NCBI GenBank assembly: GCA_963822585.1
Contig: CAWGIE010000047.1
Coordinates: 128,001-192,000 of the forward strand
Source of the DNA: an uncultured bacterium
GTDB taxonomy: Bacteria > Auribacterota > Erginobacteria > Erginobacterales > Erginobacteraceae
DNA length: 64,000 nucleotides
Reading direction: 5' to 3'
In this document: piece by piece, positions 9,478 to 18,641 of the stretch
Position numbering within the stretch: position 1 is the first letter of the stretch
How the letters are laid out: each line of letters opens with the position of its first letter
Translations under genes and position numbers: made by a program
The notes under the pieces: model-generated
Told to the model about the DNA's origin: nothing
What the model saw: the letters and a program-made list of their open reading frames with translations, nothing else
The model's database searches: none

Positions 9478-9717
9478 GGCTGGAATCCCAGGGACACGAT
9501 GCTAAGTTCGAAGTGACTAAAGTGCCTAAAGTTGTCCCCCTTACGTTACGGGGCAAAAAGCGGCGTCACATTAGCTGAGCGGGCAAAGCCCGCTCAGTAA
9601 CACAGACAGGAATGTCTGTGTTATCTTGACTCACAGACAGGAATGTCTGTACTACCTTGGCTCACAGACAGGAATGTCTGTGCTACCTTGGCTCACAGAC
9701 AGGAATGTCTGGGTTAC
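9478..9717. repeat. Composite repeat: AAGTG-type repeats + CTGAGCGGGC-AAA-GCCCGCTCAG hairpin + 4 REPs (9601-9717)
   Basis: Related direct copy at 11293-11515. Confidence 0.8.
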
Positions 9718-9748
9718 ATTCACAAATTATACATTCATCGGGCGGTTC

Positions 9749-11176
9749 CTACCTCCGGGGGGAGAGCAGGGAGAGGGGGATAAAGACCGCCAGGCTGACC
9801 GCCAGGCCGGCTATCACCGGGTCGAACCCACCGATTGAGACCACATTATATTTAACCAGCAATATGGCGATGCTTCCCAGGACGATGGAGGCAATCGTCC
9901 CGGCGGATCCCGCTTTTTTCCAGTAATGCCCAAGGATATAGGGGAAAAACACGCCGCCCGCGCGCAGGGCGAAAGAGAACATCAGAATGGTGATCAGATT
10001 ATCCGTACTGACCAATGCCACGACCATGGAAAGGAGAGCGATAACCACCATCCCGACCCTGGTTACAATCAATATCTCCCGGTCTCCGGCGCTTTTCCGG
10101 ATTACCTTGGCATAAATGTCATTGGAGAAGATAGAGCCGGCCGCCAGCAGGTCGGAGTCGGCACTCGACATGGTGGCGGAGATCAGCGCGGCAAAGACCA
10201 CCCCCACGATCCACGGGGGCATTGTCTCCCTGATCAGAACCGGGAGGACATAGCGGGTCCCGAACTGCTGGATCAGTTCATTTCCGATCAGGCCCTGTCT
10301 GACCATGGTGAAGGCGATAATACCGAGGAGAGCCGGAATAAAGGCAAAGAGGAAATAGACGGCGGCCGTGAGCAGGGAACCGGTGCGGGCGGTACGGGCG
10401 TCCCGGGCGGCAAAATAACGCTGGTTGACTTCCTGTCCGACGGCAAATGAAGTCACGTAGATAATAATCAACGATATAATGGTCTTGAAGCCGATTCCGC
10501 CGGTAATACTCATCTTGGCCGGCGGAGTTGTCTCGATGAATCTGCTCCAGCCTCCCGCCGCGTGCAGGGCGAAAGGTACCGCCAGCGCCAGGCCGAGGAC
10601 GATCAGGCACCACTGGACCACATCGGTCAGGGTCACACTCCACAATCCCCCCATCACCGAATAGACGGTCACGACGACAACGACGATACCCAATGCCGGG
10701 ACGTAACTCATCCCCGTCATGGCCGAGAGGACAACCGCCGAAGCGATCATCTGGATGGCGGTCAGCCCGATCAGGGGCAATACCATCATGACCGCCGTCA
10801 GCAGGCCGCTGGGTTCGCCATATCGTTTACGAAAAAATTCGGGCACGGTCTTGACCATTGCCCGCCGCAGGCTGGGCGCCCAGAAAGCCAGAACGAGGAA
10901 GGTTATCGCCAGGGTGAGTACGTACCATCCGGCGGAAAGCCCCCATTCCCCGAAGGCCTTCTCCGCCACGCCCAGGGAACTGCCGCCCCCCACTTCGGTA
11001 GCGGCCAGGGTTCCCGCCAATAAAAACGGCCCCAGCCGCCGGCCCGCCACCATAAAGTCAGCGTTGCCCTTGATTTTTTTCGAAGCGTAGTAACCGATGT
11101 AAAGCATCCCGACCAGGTAGATCCCGACGATGGTCAGTACAACCGGATGCAGGGCAAAAGTTGTTTCCGCGGGCAT
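9749..11176 (-). CDS. Sodium:solute symporter family protein
   Basis: DFMVAGRRLG, GGLWSVTLTD, SATMSSADS; about 13 TM helices. Confidence 0.9.
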   Translation of the reverse strand: MPAETTFALHPVVLTIVGIYLVGMLYIGYYASKKIKGNADFMVAGRRLGPFLLAGTLAATEVGGGSSLGVAEKAFGEWGLSAGWYVLTLAITFLVLAFWAPSLRRAMVKTVPEFFRKRYGEPSGLLTAVMMVLPLIGLTAIQMIASAVVLSAMTGMSYVPALGIVVVVVTVYSVMGGLWSVTLTDVVQWCLIVLGLALAVPFALHAAGGWSRFIETTPPAKMSITGGIGFKTIISLIIIYVTSFAVGQEVNQRYFAARDARTARTGSLLTAAVYFLFAFIPALLGIIAFTMVRQGLIGNELIQQFGTRYVLPVLIRETMPPWIVGVVFAALISATMSSADSDLLAAGSIFSNDIYAKVIRKSAGDREILIVTRVGMVVIALLSMVVALVSTDNLITILMFSFALRAGGVFFPYILGHYWKKAGSAGTIASIVLGSIAILLVKYNVVSIGGFDPVIAGLAVSLAVFIPLSLLSPRR

Positions 11177-11292
11177 GGTATCGAGTCACCTTTCAGGCTT
11201 GATTATAAAAATAACGGCTTTTACAGAATAAAATAATCCGTCATAACAAACAAGGGGAGGTTTGTTCCGTCATGTCAAAGATTTCAAGGTTG

Positions 11293-11515
11293 GACTGGAA
11301 TTCCGGGGAGATGAGACTAAGTTCGAAGTGACTTAAGTGAAAAAGCCTATAGTTTAAAGTTTAATGTGTAAGGAGAGCCTTCTCAATTTCATCTTTCCCC
11401 TCACGTTACAGTACAGGAAAAGGCATCACATTAACTGAACGAGCAAAGCCCGCTCAGTTACACAGACAGGAATGTCTGTGCTACCTTGGCTCACAGACAG
11501 GAATGTCTGAGTTAC
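11293..11515. repeat. Composite repeat with 2 REPs (11461-11515)
   Basis: ctggaat..ctaagttcgaagtgact..cacgttac..catcacattaactga..gcaaagcccgctcagt shared with 9478-9717. Confidence 0.8.
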
Positions 11516-11861
11516 CTTGAGGTGACTGGCTCCTCGCCTTAGTCATAAATCTTCCGGCTTCCCATTTGCTCCGGAACTCCCTGCCGGGCGTGTGCCCGGC
11601 ATCACCGGATAAGTCCCCGCTGACATAGCATTCCCCGTTCCCTCCGGCGGTGACATTTCTTTTACATTCTGTTGACAATTCAAAGGGAACTTTATTCCCG
11701 CCAGGGACGTAATAGAAGACACGTATTGCCGGGAGTGTTTCGTCGAACCAGATGAAACTCCGGTATATCCGGGAATGTATTCCCGGAAAAAACCCCGGTG
11801 GAGGATGGGAGGGCCCTTGCCGGGCCGTGAAATGAGTATCCACCGTTCAAAATGAGGAGGA

Positions 11862-12992
11862 ATGATAATGAGAAAGTTATCTGCCGCTGTCATCGTCTGC
11901 CTTTTTTCTATCGCCGGTTTTTCATTCGCCTGGATCGGCGCGGCCGGACAGGAGACAGGAGAAATACTCCAGCCTGACGGAAGCGCTTCAGGTTACCGGG
12001 CCGAACTGGCATCCATCTCGGAGTCGATGAAAAAGGCGAAGGGGACTCACGAACCGTATCTTGCCCCCGACAGCATCGACCCGGCCAGGGGGGCATCCGG
12101 AGCGCTCTTCAGTCAGACGGTGGAGGAGGTCGTGAACGTGTGGGGAAGACCGGATTTTATCGGCCGGGGAAGGATCGTTGGGGTAGAGGAGCCCCTCCTC
12201 GCTCTCGGCTATCCCCACCGGCTGTCAACCGTGTTCTTGTTCATGGATAACCGGTTGGTCGGGATTACTCTCATGGAAGACAACAAGGGTTCTTTCCCTA
12301 ACGGGATAGGGGTCGGGGCTTCACTGGATGAGGTGCTTGCGGTCTTCGGAGATGAGGCGGAGATTACGGGTCACGGGAAATTCCGGGCGGCTGTCTATAC
12401 GGATATCCAGGGAACGAAAATCAAATTATACTTTGAAGACGACGGACTCTGTATGATCAGCCTGTACCGGTCAGCCGCCGGCGGCGCAAAAGATGTCGAG
12501 TCCGGCAGTTATTACAGCCGGCTCGAAACACAGCTCCTGGATGTGGATGCTCCGGATACGGGGGCGGAAATAGACCTGGGAGACAGCATCATCAATCCCG
12601 GAACGGGGTTGTCGATCCTGCCATTCGGCTCCGGCATGGACCAAGCTGTCGCACTCTGGGGGAAACCGTACGAAATAAAGCTCTTCCGGAACACCGTGAT
12701 CCTCGATTATTATCAGGGACCTCACTGCACTTTTACTAATAACCGGCTGGTCGGATTATACCTGAACCTGGTTCCCGGGGTTATATTCGCCAACGGTCTC
12801 GGCTTCGGATCGACGATCGCGGAAATAAAAGAGGCGTTTGGTAAGCCGGACAGGGAGAGCGAGGGCTACTGGCTGTCGTATTATAACATAGCAAACAACA
12901 GATTGAGACTGGTATTCGACCGGAAGACGCAAGAGCTGAAAGTGATCGAGATAAAGCGACGGTCGGGGCGGATGGGTGGAAAGCAGGGTTAA
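11862..12992 (+). CDS. Secreted hypothetical protein with an internally duplicated domain
   Basis: Signal peptide; WGRP/WGKP..F.NNRLVG..F.NG.G.G repeated twice; RBS gaggagg. Confidence 0.75.
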   Translation: MIMRKLSAAVIVCLFSIAGFSFAWIGAAGQETGEILQPDGSASGYRAELASISESMKKAKGTHEPYLAPDSIDPARGASGALFSQTVEEVVNVWGRPDFIGRGRIVGVEEPLLALGYPHRLSTVFLFMDNRLVGITLMEDNKGSFPNGIGVGASLDEVLAVFGDEAEITGHGKFRAAVYTDIQGTKIKLYFEDDGLCMISLYRSAAGGAKDVESGSYYSRLETQLLDVDAPDTGAEIDLGDSIINPGTGLSILPFGSGMDQAVALWGKPYEIKLFRNTVILDYYQGPHCTFTNNRLVGLYLNLVPGVIFANGLGFGSTIAEIKEAFGKPDRESEGYWLSYYNIANNRLRLVFDRKTQELKVIEIKRRSGRMGGKQG

Positions 12993-13368
12993 GGGATAAA
13001 GGATAAGGCCAGAAGATTTGTCCTGGGGGGATGGGGAAGCAAGAAGACTGAACAACGAATAGCGAACCCCGCGAAACGGAGGATGAAAAACCGAACGTCG
13101 AACGCTCAACGTTCAACGCTCAACGCCCAACAGCCCCAAAAGCAGGGTTAAGGGATAAGGGTTCAGAAGCGCATCATTAGATAGTGGTTTGAGGTAGAGC
13201 AGGGGGTGGGAGGAATAAACAGGCCGACATACAAAAACGCCTGAATGGAAAGTGGTGCCTGAGGCACCACTTTAACGGATAGTAATAATCCGCAATAACT
13301 TACAACCACCCCGCACCCAAAATCGGCGAAAACTCGTGGACAGATCGACTGGTTTTCCGGCGCCCTCT

Positions 13369-13407
13369 CGCGGACTTGAGGTCGCGATTCGCGACCTCAA
13401 GTCCGCG
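13369..13407. repeat. Perfect 19-bp inverted repeat
   Basis: cgcggacttgaggtcgcga-t-tcgcgacctcaagtccgcg. Confidence 0.85.
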
Positions 13408-13492
13408 CTTCCTCCGTAACTTACCGGCCTCGGATAATGCATCCGGGGCCCGATGCCGGGGAACACTCTTTCTCATCGCGTTTCTCCTCTTC

Positions 13493-13795
13493 CACAGACA
13501 GGAATGTCTGTGCTACTTTGGCTGACACAGACAGGAATGTCTGTGCTACTTTGGCGGACATACCCTGGCGCACAGACAGGAATGTCTGTGCTACTTTGGC
13601 TGACACAGACAGGAATGTCTGTGCTACTTTGGCGGACATACCCTGGCGCACAGACAGGAATGTCTGTGCTACCTTGGCTGACATACCCCGGCACACAGAC
13701 AGGAATGTCTGTGCTACTTTGGCGGACATACCCTGGCGCACAGACAGGAATGTCTGTGCTACTTTGGCTGACACAGACAGGAATGTCTGTGTTAC
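13493..13795. repeat. REP array, 8 copies with 33/45-nt periods
   Basis: Head-to-tail hairpins with recurring linkers. Confidence 0.95.
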
Positions 13796-13993
13796 TTTGG
13801 CGGGGGGCGAGAGAAAGCGGGAAGGTGGAGACGCCGGAATCATTATGATATGATTATTAAGTTGTCCTAACCCCAACCGAACTGAAAAATAGCTACATGC
13901 AGTTTGTGATCAGGGTTGTCCTGCTCAAAGGAAGATAAAAATTTTCCGTGCCCTTAACCAAGATCGACCTATCCGCAAAGGGAGTATCAATTC

Positions 13994-14827
13994 ATGCCGG
14001 AATACAAAGATGTTTCCATTACGGCTTTTATCGTTAATGAATCGCGCGCGCGCCTGGAATCTCTGAGCGGCGATGGGTACGCGAAACTTTGGGTTACTGA
14101 AGAGACAAAACGCCTTTGGAAAGAACTGGCGGAAGAAGTATACCCCTACGATCATATTAATCTCAGCCTGCGGAACAGATTCTACCTGGACAGGATAAAG
14201 GAATTCGTTGACGCGCATCCTGACAGCGTTTTCATTAATATGGCGGCTGGATTTACGTCATATCCCTTCCTGTTCGATACTCTTTGCCGATGCATAGAGA
14301 CGGATTACCCCCATATCCTGAACTTCAAGAAGACCAAGCTGGAGCAGTGGCAACGGGAGGGAATCCTCCCGGAACGCGCCGTCGAGTTTTATCCATTGGA
14401 CATGGAAAACCCCGGTGAGCTGAAAAATTTTAAAAAAAGCTTTGCCTCCTGGTGCGCGGAAAAACCCACGATTGTTATCATGGAGGGACTTACCTACTAC
14501 CTGTCCACCGGAACACTGGATACTTTGTTTTCGTACTACTCAAAATACCTTATTGAAGGTTCCCTGGCGGTTTTTGATTTCTGGGGGCTTGACTCAGACG
14601 ACTATCTTGTTATTCAACGGGTGAAAAAGTATTTAGCGAAGGTATCCGAGGGGCCGGTTAAACCTTTTACCTATCTGGATATGGACTACGTTCGTCAGAT
14701 CAAGGGGTTTTCCGTCGCAGAACAGACGGATATAGCCGAACTGGAACGAGAACACGCCCAAAGCCGTCTTTTACAAGAAAAAGGCAACCGATTCCCGACG
14801 GAATTTGTTGTCCTCCGGAAGCACTGA
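13994..14827 (+). CDS. Class I SAM-dependent methyltransferase (leucine carboxyl methyltransferase-like)
   Basis: LRNRFY, INMAAGF, ETDYP, IMEGLTYYL. Confidence 0.8.
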   Translation: MPEYKDVSITAFIVNESRARLESLSGDGYAKLWVTEETKRLWKELAEEVYPYDHINLSLRNRFYLDRIKEFVDAHPDSVFINMAAGFTSYPFLFDTLCRCIETDYPHILNFKKTKLEQWQREGILPERAVEFYPLDMENPGELKNFKKSFASWCAEKPTIVIMEGLTYYLSTGTLDTLFSYYSKYLIEGSLAVFDFWGLDSDDYLVIQRVKKYLAKVSEGPVKPFTYLDMDYVRQIKGFSVAEQTDIAELEREHAQSRLLQEKGNRFPTEFVVLRKH

Positions 14828-14841
14828 GAGGAGGCAGCGAT

Positions 14842-15204
14842 ATGATCATTCACGTGAAGAAGAAGATTTTTTTAACCGGCATCTTACTGCTCCTGGCCAT
14901 GAAAGAAATCAACGAGGTTAACGTCCGGGCCACGGCGGCCGTCCTCTATTACCGCACGGGAAAAGGAGCGGCGTCGCTCGGCGATAAAAAAGTTATTGCC
15001 TCGGCTTCGCAACTGTTCAACAATACCTGCGAAGAAGTCCTGGCGCTGGCGAAGGAGATTCCGGAGGCAACAATCTGGCACTTCAACACCTGGGGGGAAG
15101 AGGAGGAGTACTCGGTGACCGCGGGCAGAATAGCGTCCACCGGCTGGCTGGTCCTGACGCTGGCGCCCGAAAGCAAACCGGAGACGGCCTTCTCCTGTAA
15201 TTGA
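14842..15204 (+). CDS. Hypothetical protein
   Basis: RBS gaggagg; follows methyltransferase closely. Confidence 0.5.
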   Translation: MIIHVKKKIFLTGILLLLAMKEINEVNVRATAAVLYYRTGKGAASLGDKKVIASASQLFNNTCEEVLALAKEIPEATIWHFNTWGEEEEYSVTAGRIASTGWLVLTLAPESKPETAFSCN

Positions 15205-15464
15205 CGGCGAAGAGATTCCTGAATGCCTAACCCGATTTACGAATAAATCGGGTTAGTTTTGAACCATGACAAGGATTAAATGAACAGACACGCGAAAAGA
15301 TATTAATTTTATCAATTCTCCGGCAATGAATTACAGGCAAAGAACTTTTTCCGCGGGCATTGTTAGCAAAAAGAATAACACGTTGTCCTTTCGGAAAAGA
15401 AAAAGCAGAGTGCTGTCGCCGTATAAACAAGATTGCTATTCATAATACATTGAACGAAAATTAA

Positions 15465-15515
15465 TAACCTGGATTATTCATGAAAATTTTCAATTTTCAT
15501 GAATAATCCAGGTTA
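15465..15515. repeat. Perfect palindrome with 24-bp arms (related palindromes at 15227-15256 and 15580-15606)
   Basis: taacctggattattcatgaaaatt-ttc-aattttcatgaataatccaggtta. Confidence 0.85.
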
Positions 15516-15619
15516 AATGGGAAGTGGCGCATCCCGCGCCACTGGGGCGGATTGCCATAAACAATAGTTAGTTACAACCAACCCGACTTATGAATAAATC
15601 GGATTAAGGAGACTGCATT

Positions 15620-16831
15620 ATGGATTTTAGCACCGGTAACACAGGTTTCATGCTTTTAGCCACGAGTCTGGTCATGCTGATGACGCCGGGGCTGGCATTT
15701 TTCTATGGCGGACTGGTGGGAAGGAAAAGTGTGCTCAGTATCATGATGCAGAGTTTTGTTTCCATGGGCGTCACCACCATTCTTTGGTTTGTTGCCGGAT
15801 ACTCTCTTTGTTTCAGCGGCGACGTCGGCGGGATTATCGGAAATCTTGATTTCGCCTTTCTCAAAGGAATCACCCCTCTGGTAGCGCTTACCGGGGCCGG
15901 AAAGATCCCTTTACTGGTGTTTGTTTCCTATCAAATGATGTTCGCGATCATTACCCCCGCATTAATTACCGGCGCGTTCGCGAACAGGATCAGGTTCAGC
16001 GCGTATTTAATATTTTTGGTTTTCTGGCAGCTTTTCGTTTATTTCCCGTTTGTTCATATGGTCTGGGGCGGCGGCTTCCTTCAACAGTGGGGAGTTTTAG
16101 ACTTCGCGGGAGGAATCGTGGTACACGCGATCGCGGGGATGGCCGCTCTGGCCTCGGTTTTTTATGTGGGGAGGAGACAGGTTGAAGAGCATGGACCTCA
16201 CAGCATCCCCTTGGTCGCGCTGGGAACCGGACTTTTGTGGTTCGGCTGGTATGGTTTTAATGCCGGAAGTGAATTAAGGGTGGATTCCATTACCGCCCTT
16301 GCTTTTGTAAATACCGATCTGGCCGCGTCATTCGCGGCGATTACCTGGCTCATCATTGAATGGATACAGAAGAAAAAACCCAAGTTCGTGGGACTTCTTA
16401 CCGGTGCCGTTGCCGGCTTGGCGACGATCACTCCGGCCGCGGGCTATGTTTCTCCGGGATTTGCCGTCATCATCGGGATGATCGCCGGAGTGATTTGTTA
16501 TTTCGCGGTCGCCCTTAAAAATAAACTGAATTGGGATGATGCTCTTGATGTTTGGGGTGTTCACGGAGTGGGAGGGGTGATCGGCGTCATCATGCTCGGA
16601 ATCTTTGCTTCGAAAGCCATCAATCTCAACGGAAGCGACGGATTATTGCATGGGAATGCATCATTCTTCTTCAAAGAAGCGGTATCGGTTATCGGCGCCT
16701 CGATTTACGCCTTTGGATTCACTTATATAATGCTTAAAATAATCAACATCATCACGCCGGTGAAAGTCAGCAAAAAAGAAGAAGAATCCGGTGTTGACGC
16801 AGTCCTGCATGGCGAGAACGCTTATTTATAA
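15620..16831 (+). CDS. amtB: Ammonium transporter
   Basis: MTPGLAFFYGG, DFAGGIVVH, WFGWYGFNAGS, DDALDVWGVHG; both channel His retained. Confidence 0.95.
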   Translation: MDFSTGNTGFMLLATSLVMLMTPGLAFFYGGLVGRKSVLSIMMQSFVSMGVTTILWFVAGYSLCFSGDVGGIIGNLDFAFLKGITPLVALTGAGKIPLLVFVSYQMMFAIITPALITGAFANRIRFSAYLIFLVFWQLFVYFPFVHMVWGGGFLQQWGVLDFAGGIVVHAIAGMAALASVFYVGRRQVEEHGPHSIPLVALGTGLLWFGWYGFNAGSELRVDSITALAFVNTDLAASFAAITWLIIEWIQKKKPKFVGLLTGAVAGLATITPAAGYVSPGFAVIIGMIAGVICYFAVALKNKLNWDDALDVWGVHGVGGVIGVIMLGIFASKAINLNGSDGLLHGNASFFFKEAVSVIGASIYAFGFTYIMLKIINIITPVKVSKKEEESGVDAVLHGENAYL

Positions 16832-16968
16832 AACAGTTCGGAATAAAGCTGGCCGGGACTAAAATGGCTGCGGTCTGGGCTGTGCAGAGTAAAGTATAAA
16901 GTGGAAGGTGGGCTTCCCCACTTCATCCGTTACCTCACGTTGCGGTACAAGAAATTCAAAATCATTTA

Positions 16969-17068
16969 CACAGACAGGAATGTCTGTGCTACTTTGGCCC
17001 CCGGTGCACAGACAGGAATGTCTGTGCTACCTTGACCCCCGGCACACAGATAGCGATGTCTGTGTCAC
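16969..17068. repeat. REP array, 3 copies (last degenerate)
   Basis: Same hairpin. Confidence 0.85.
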
Positions 17069-17249
17069 CTGAGCATCGTGTGGACAAATCTCTCTTTGTG
17101 CGTTATGATGAATTCACGGAAAAGCTATCAGCATCAGTGCCGCCTTGGAAACGATAACCGGGTGTTTTTATATACCGGGTTCCCCGATTCAATACAGCGG
17201 CCGGTTTTTCTGGGCCGAGATAGATCTTTGAGAGAAGAAGGAGGGAATA

Positions 17250-18485
17250 ATGAAGAAAGTATTGATCGGTCTGGCCGTTTCATTCGGTATAAATTTCGGT
17301 TTATCATCTCCGGCGGCGGATTTCAACGGCGACGGGACCGCTGACATCGCGATCTTCCGTCCCGGAACCGGTCTCTGGTCGATTCGTAACGGCGCCCGGA
17401 CGTACTTCGGCAGCGGGGTCGATACCCCGATACCCGCCGATTATAACGGCGACGGCACGGACGAGATCGCGATCTTTCGGAACACCACCGCCCTCTGGGC
17501 CATTCATAACGGGGCAAGGTATTACTACGGCCAGGGAGGCGACACCCCCTTGACCGAGGGCGGCGGCAGCCCCTGGCACTACTTCCCGGCCAATGATATT
17601 ATTTATCATGACGGAGAGGTCTGGGTCAGGGGGCAGAGCGCGGGTGTGGCTCTGCGGGTTTATGGAAAAGACAATGATGGATCACACGGCACCCTGCAAA
17701 TCTCCAATCCGTCCGAAGGCCAGACCATGATCCTGGACGGGAACGAGATCGATTCCGACACCACGCTTCACCTGAACCATAACCTGCCTAACGACGTGTC
17801 ACTGGCGACCGCCGGCGGCAACGTCGGCATCGGGGGATCAAACCCGACCTCAAAGCTGACCGTCAATGAAAACAAGGCCGGTCATTACGCGGTCGAAATC
17901 GTCAATGACGGGAACAATTCCGATCGTTACGGGCTCTCCATTCAATGCGGCAGCGATGCCGGGGTCGGGACCAACTGGCTGATCGGATTCTTCGACGGCG
18001 ACGAGACCGCGGTCGGGGGGATCAGCTTTACCGGCGGGACCGTCACCTATGGAACATTCACGGCCGATCATGAGGCCTCCATCCCCCCGGCAGCCAATGA
18101 AAAGGGCTATCCCTACGGGACCGTCGTCATCCTGAAGAGCATCCGTTTCGACCCGGACCGGCCGCGCCAGGTTGAATACGAGGTCGAGCCCTGCCGGACC
18201 GCCCGGGACAAGACGGTCTTCGGCATCTACGCCGGAAAGCAGGAAAACCGGGAGAACCGCCATTCGATATATACCGGTGGGGACGGCCAGATCCTGGTCA
18301 CGACGGAGGGCGGGAACATCGAAGCCGGGGATTACCTCACCACGTCGAACAGGGAAGGGCAGGCGATGAGACAGGATGACGATCTCCTCCACGGCTACAC
18401 CGTGGCCAAGGCCCTGGAGTCCGTCGACTGGGAGAAAGAGGGAAAAGAAAGCAAGCTGATCGCCTGTACCTATCACGCCCAGTAA
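17250..18485 (+). CDS. Exported protein: N-terminal FG-GAP/VCBS repeats + tail-fibre-like region + chaperone/autoprotease-like C-terminus
   Basis: Signal peptide; ADFNGDGTADIAIFRP; GNVGIG..NPTSKL; FTADH, GDYLTTS..GQAMRQDD..YTVAKALE. Confidence 0.7.
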   Translation: MKKVLIGLAVSFGINFGLSSPAADFNGDGTADIAIFRPGTGLWSIRNGARTYFGSGVDTPIPADYNGDGTDEIAIFRNTTALWAIHNGARYYYGQGGDTPLTEGGGSPWHYFPANDIIYHDGEVWVRGQSAGVALRVYGKDNDGSHGTLQISNPSEGQTMILDGNEIDSDTTLHLNHNLPNDVSLATAGGNVGIGGSNPTSKLTVNENKAGHYAVEIVNDGNNSDRYGLSIQCGSDAGVGTNWLIGFFDGDETAVGGISFTGGTVTYGTFTADHEASIPPAANEKGYPYGTVVILKSIRFDPDRPRQVEYEVEPCRTARDKTVFGIYAGKQENRENRHSIYTGGDGQILVTTEGGNIEAGDYLTTSNREGQAMRQDDDLLHGYTVAKALESVDWEKEGKESKLIACTYHAQ

Positions 18486-18641
18486 GGTTTTACGGATCGG
18501 GCTACGATGACTTTCAGACTCCCGTTAGGCGAAGAGTGGAGACTGCTTCGTCCAGCCGCCGTCGCCTTCGGCTGCTCTGGCGGAGGTGGCTCGCTTTGCT
18601 CCTCGCAGTGACATGACAACACGAGTAGGGACTCAATAATC

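Noticed and set aside
11797..11844. SAM-I riboswitch (GGTGGAGG...GGCCC...TGAA resemblance)
   Set aside because: Lacks the ATC..GAG P1 and GCAACC core; the downstream gene is unrelated to sulfur metabolism.
13421..13876. ORFs reading TDRNVCAT / QTGMSVL / HRQECLCY / VAQTFLSV (also near 2936, 9626, 22183, 24675)
   Set aside because: These are translations of the REP arrays in several frames, not credible genes.
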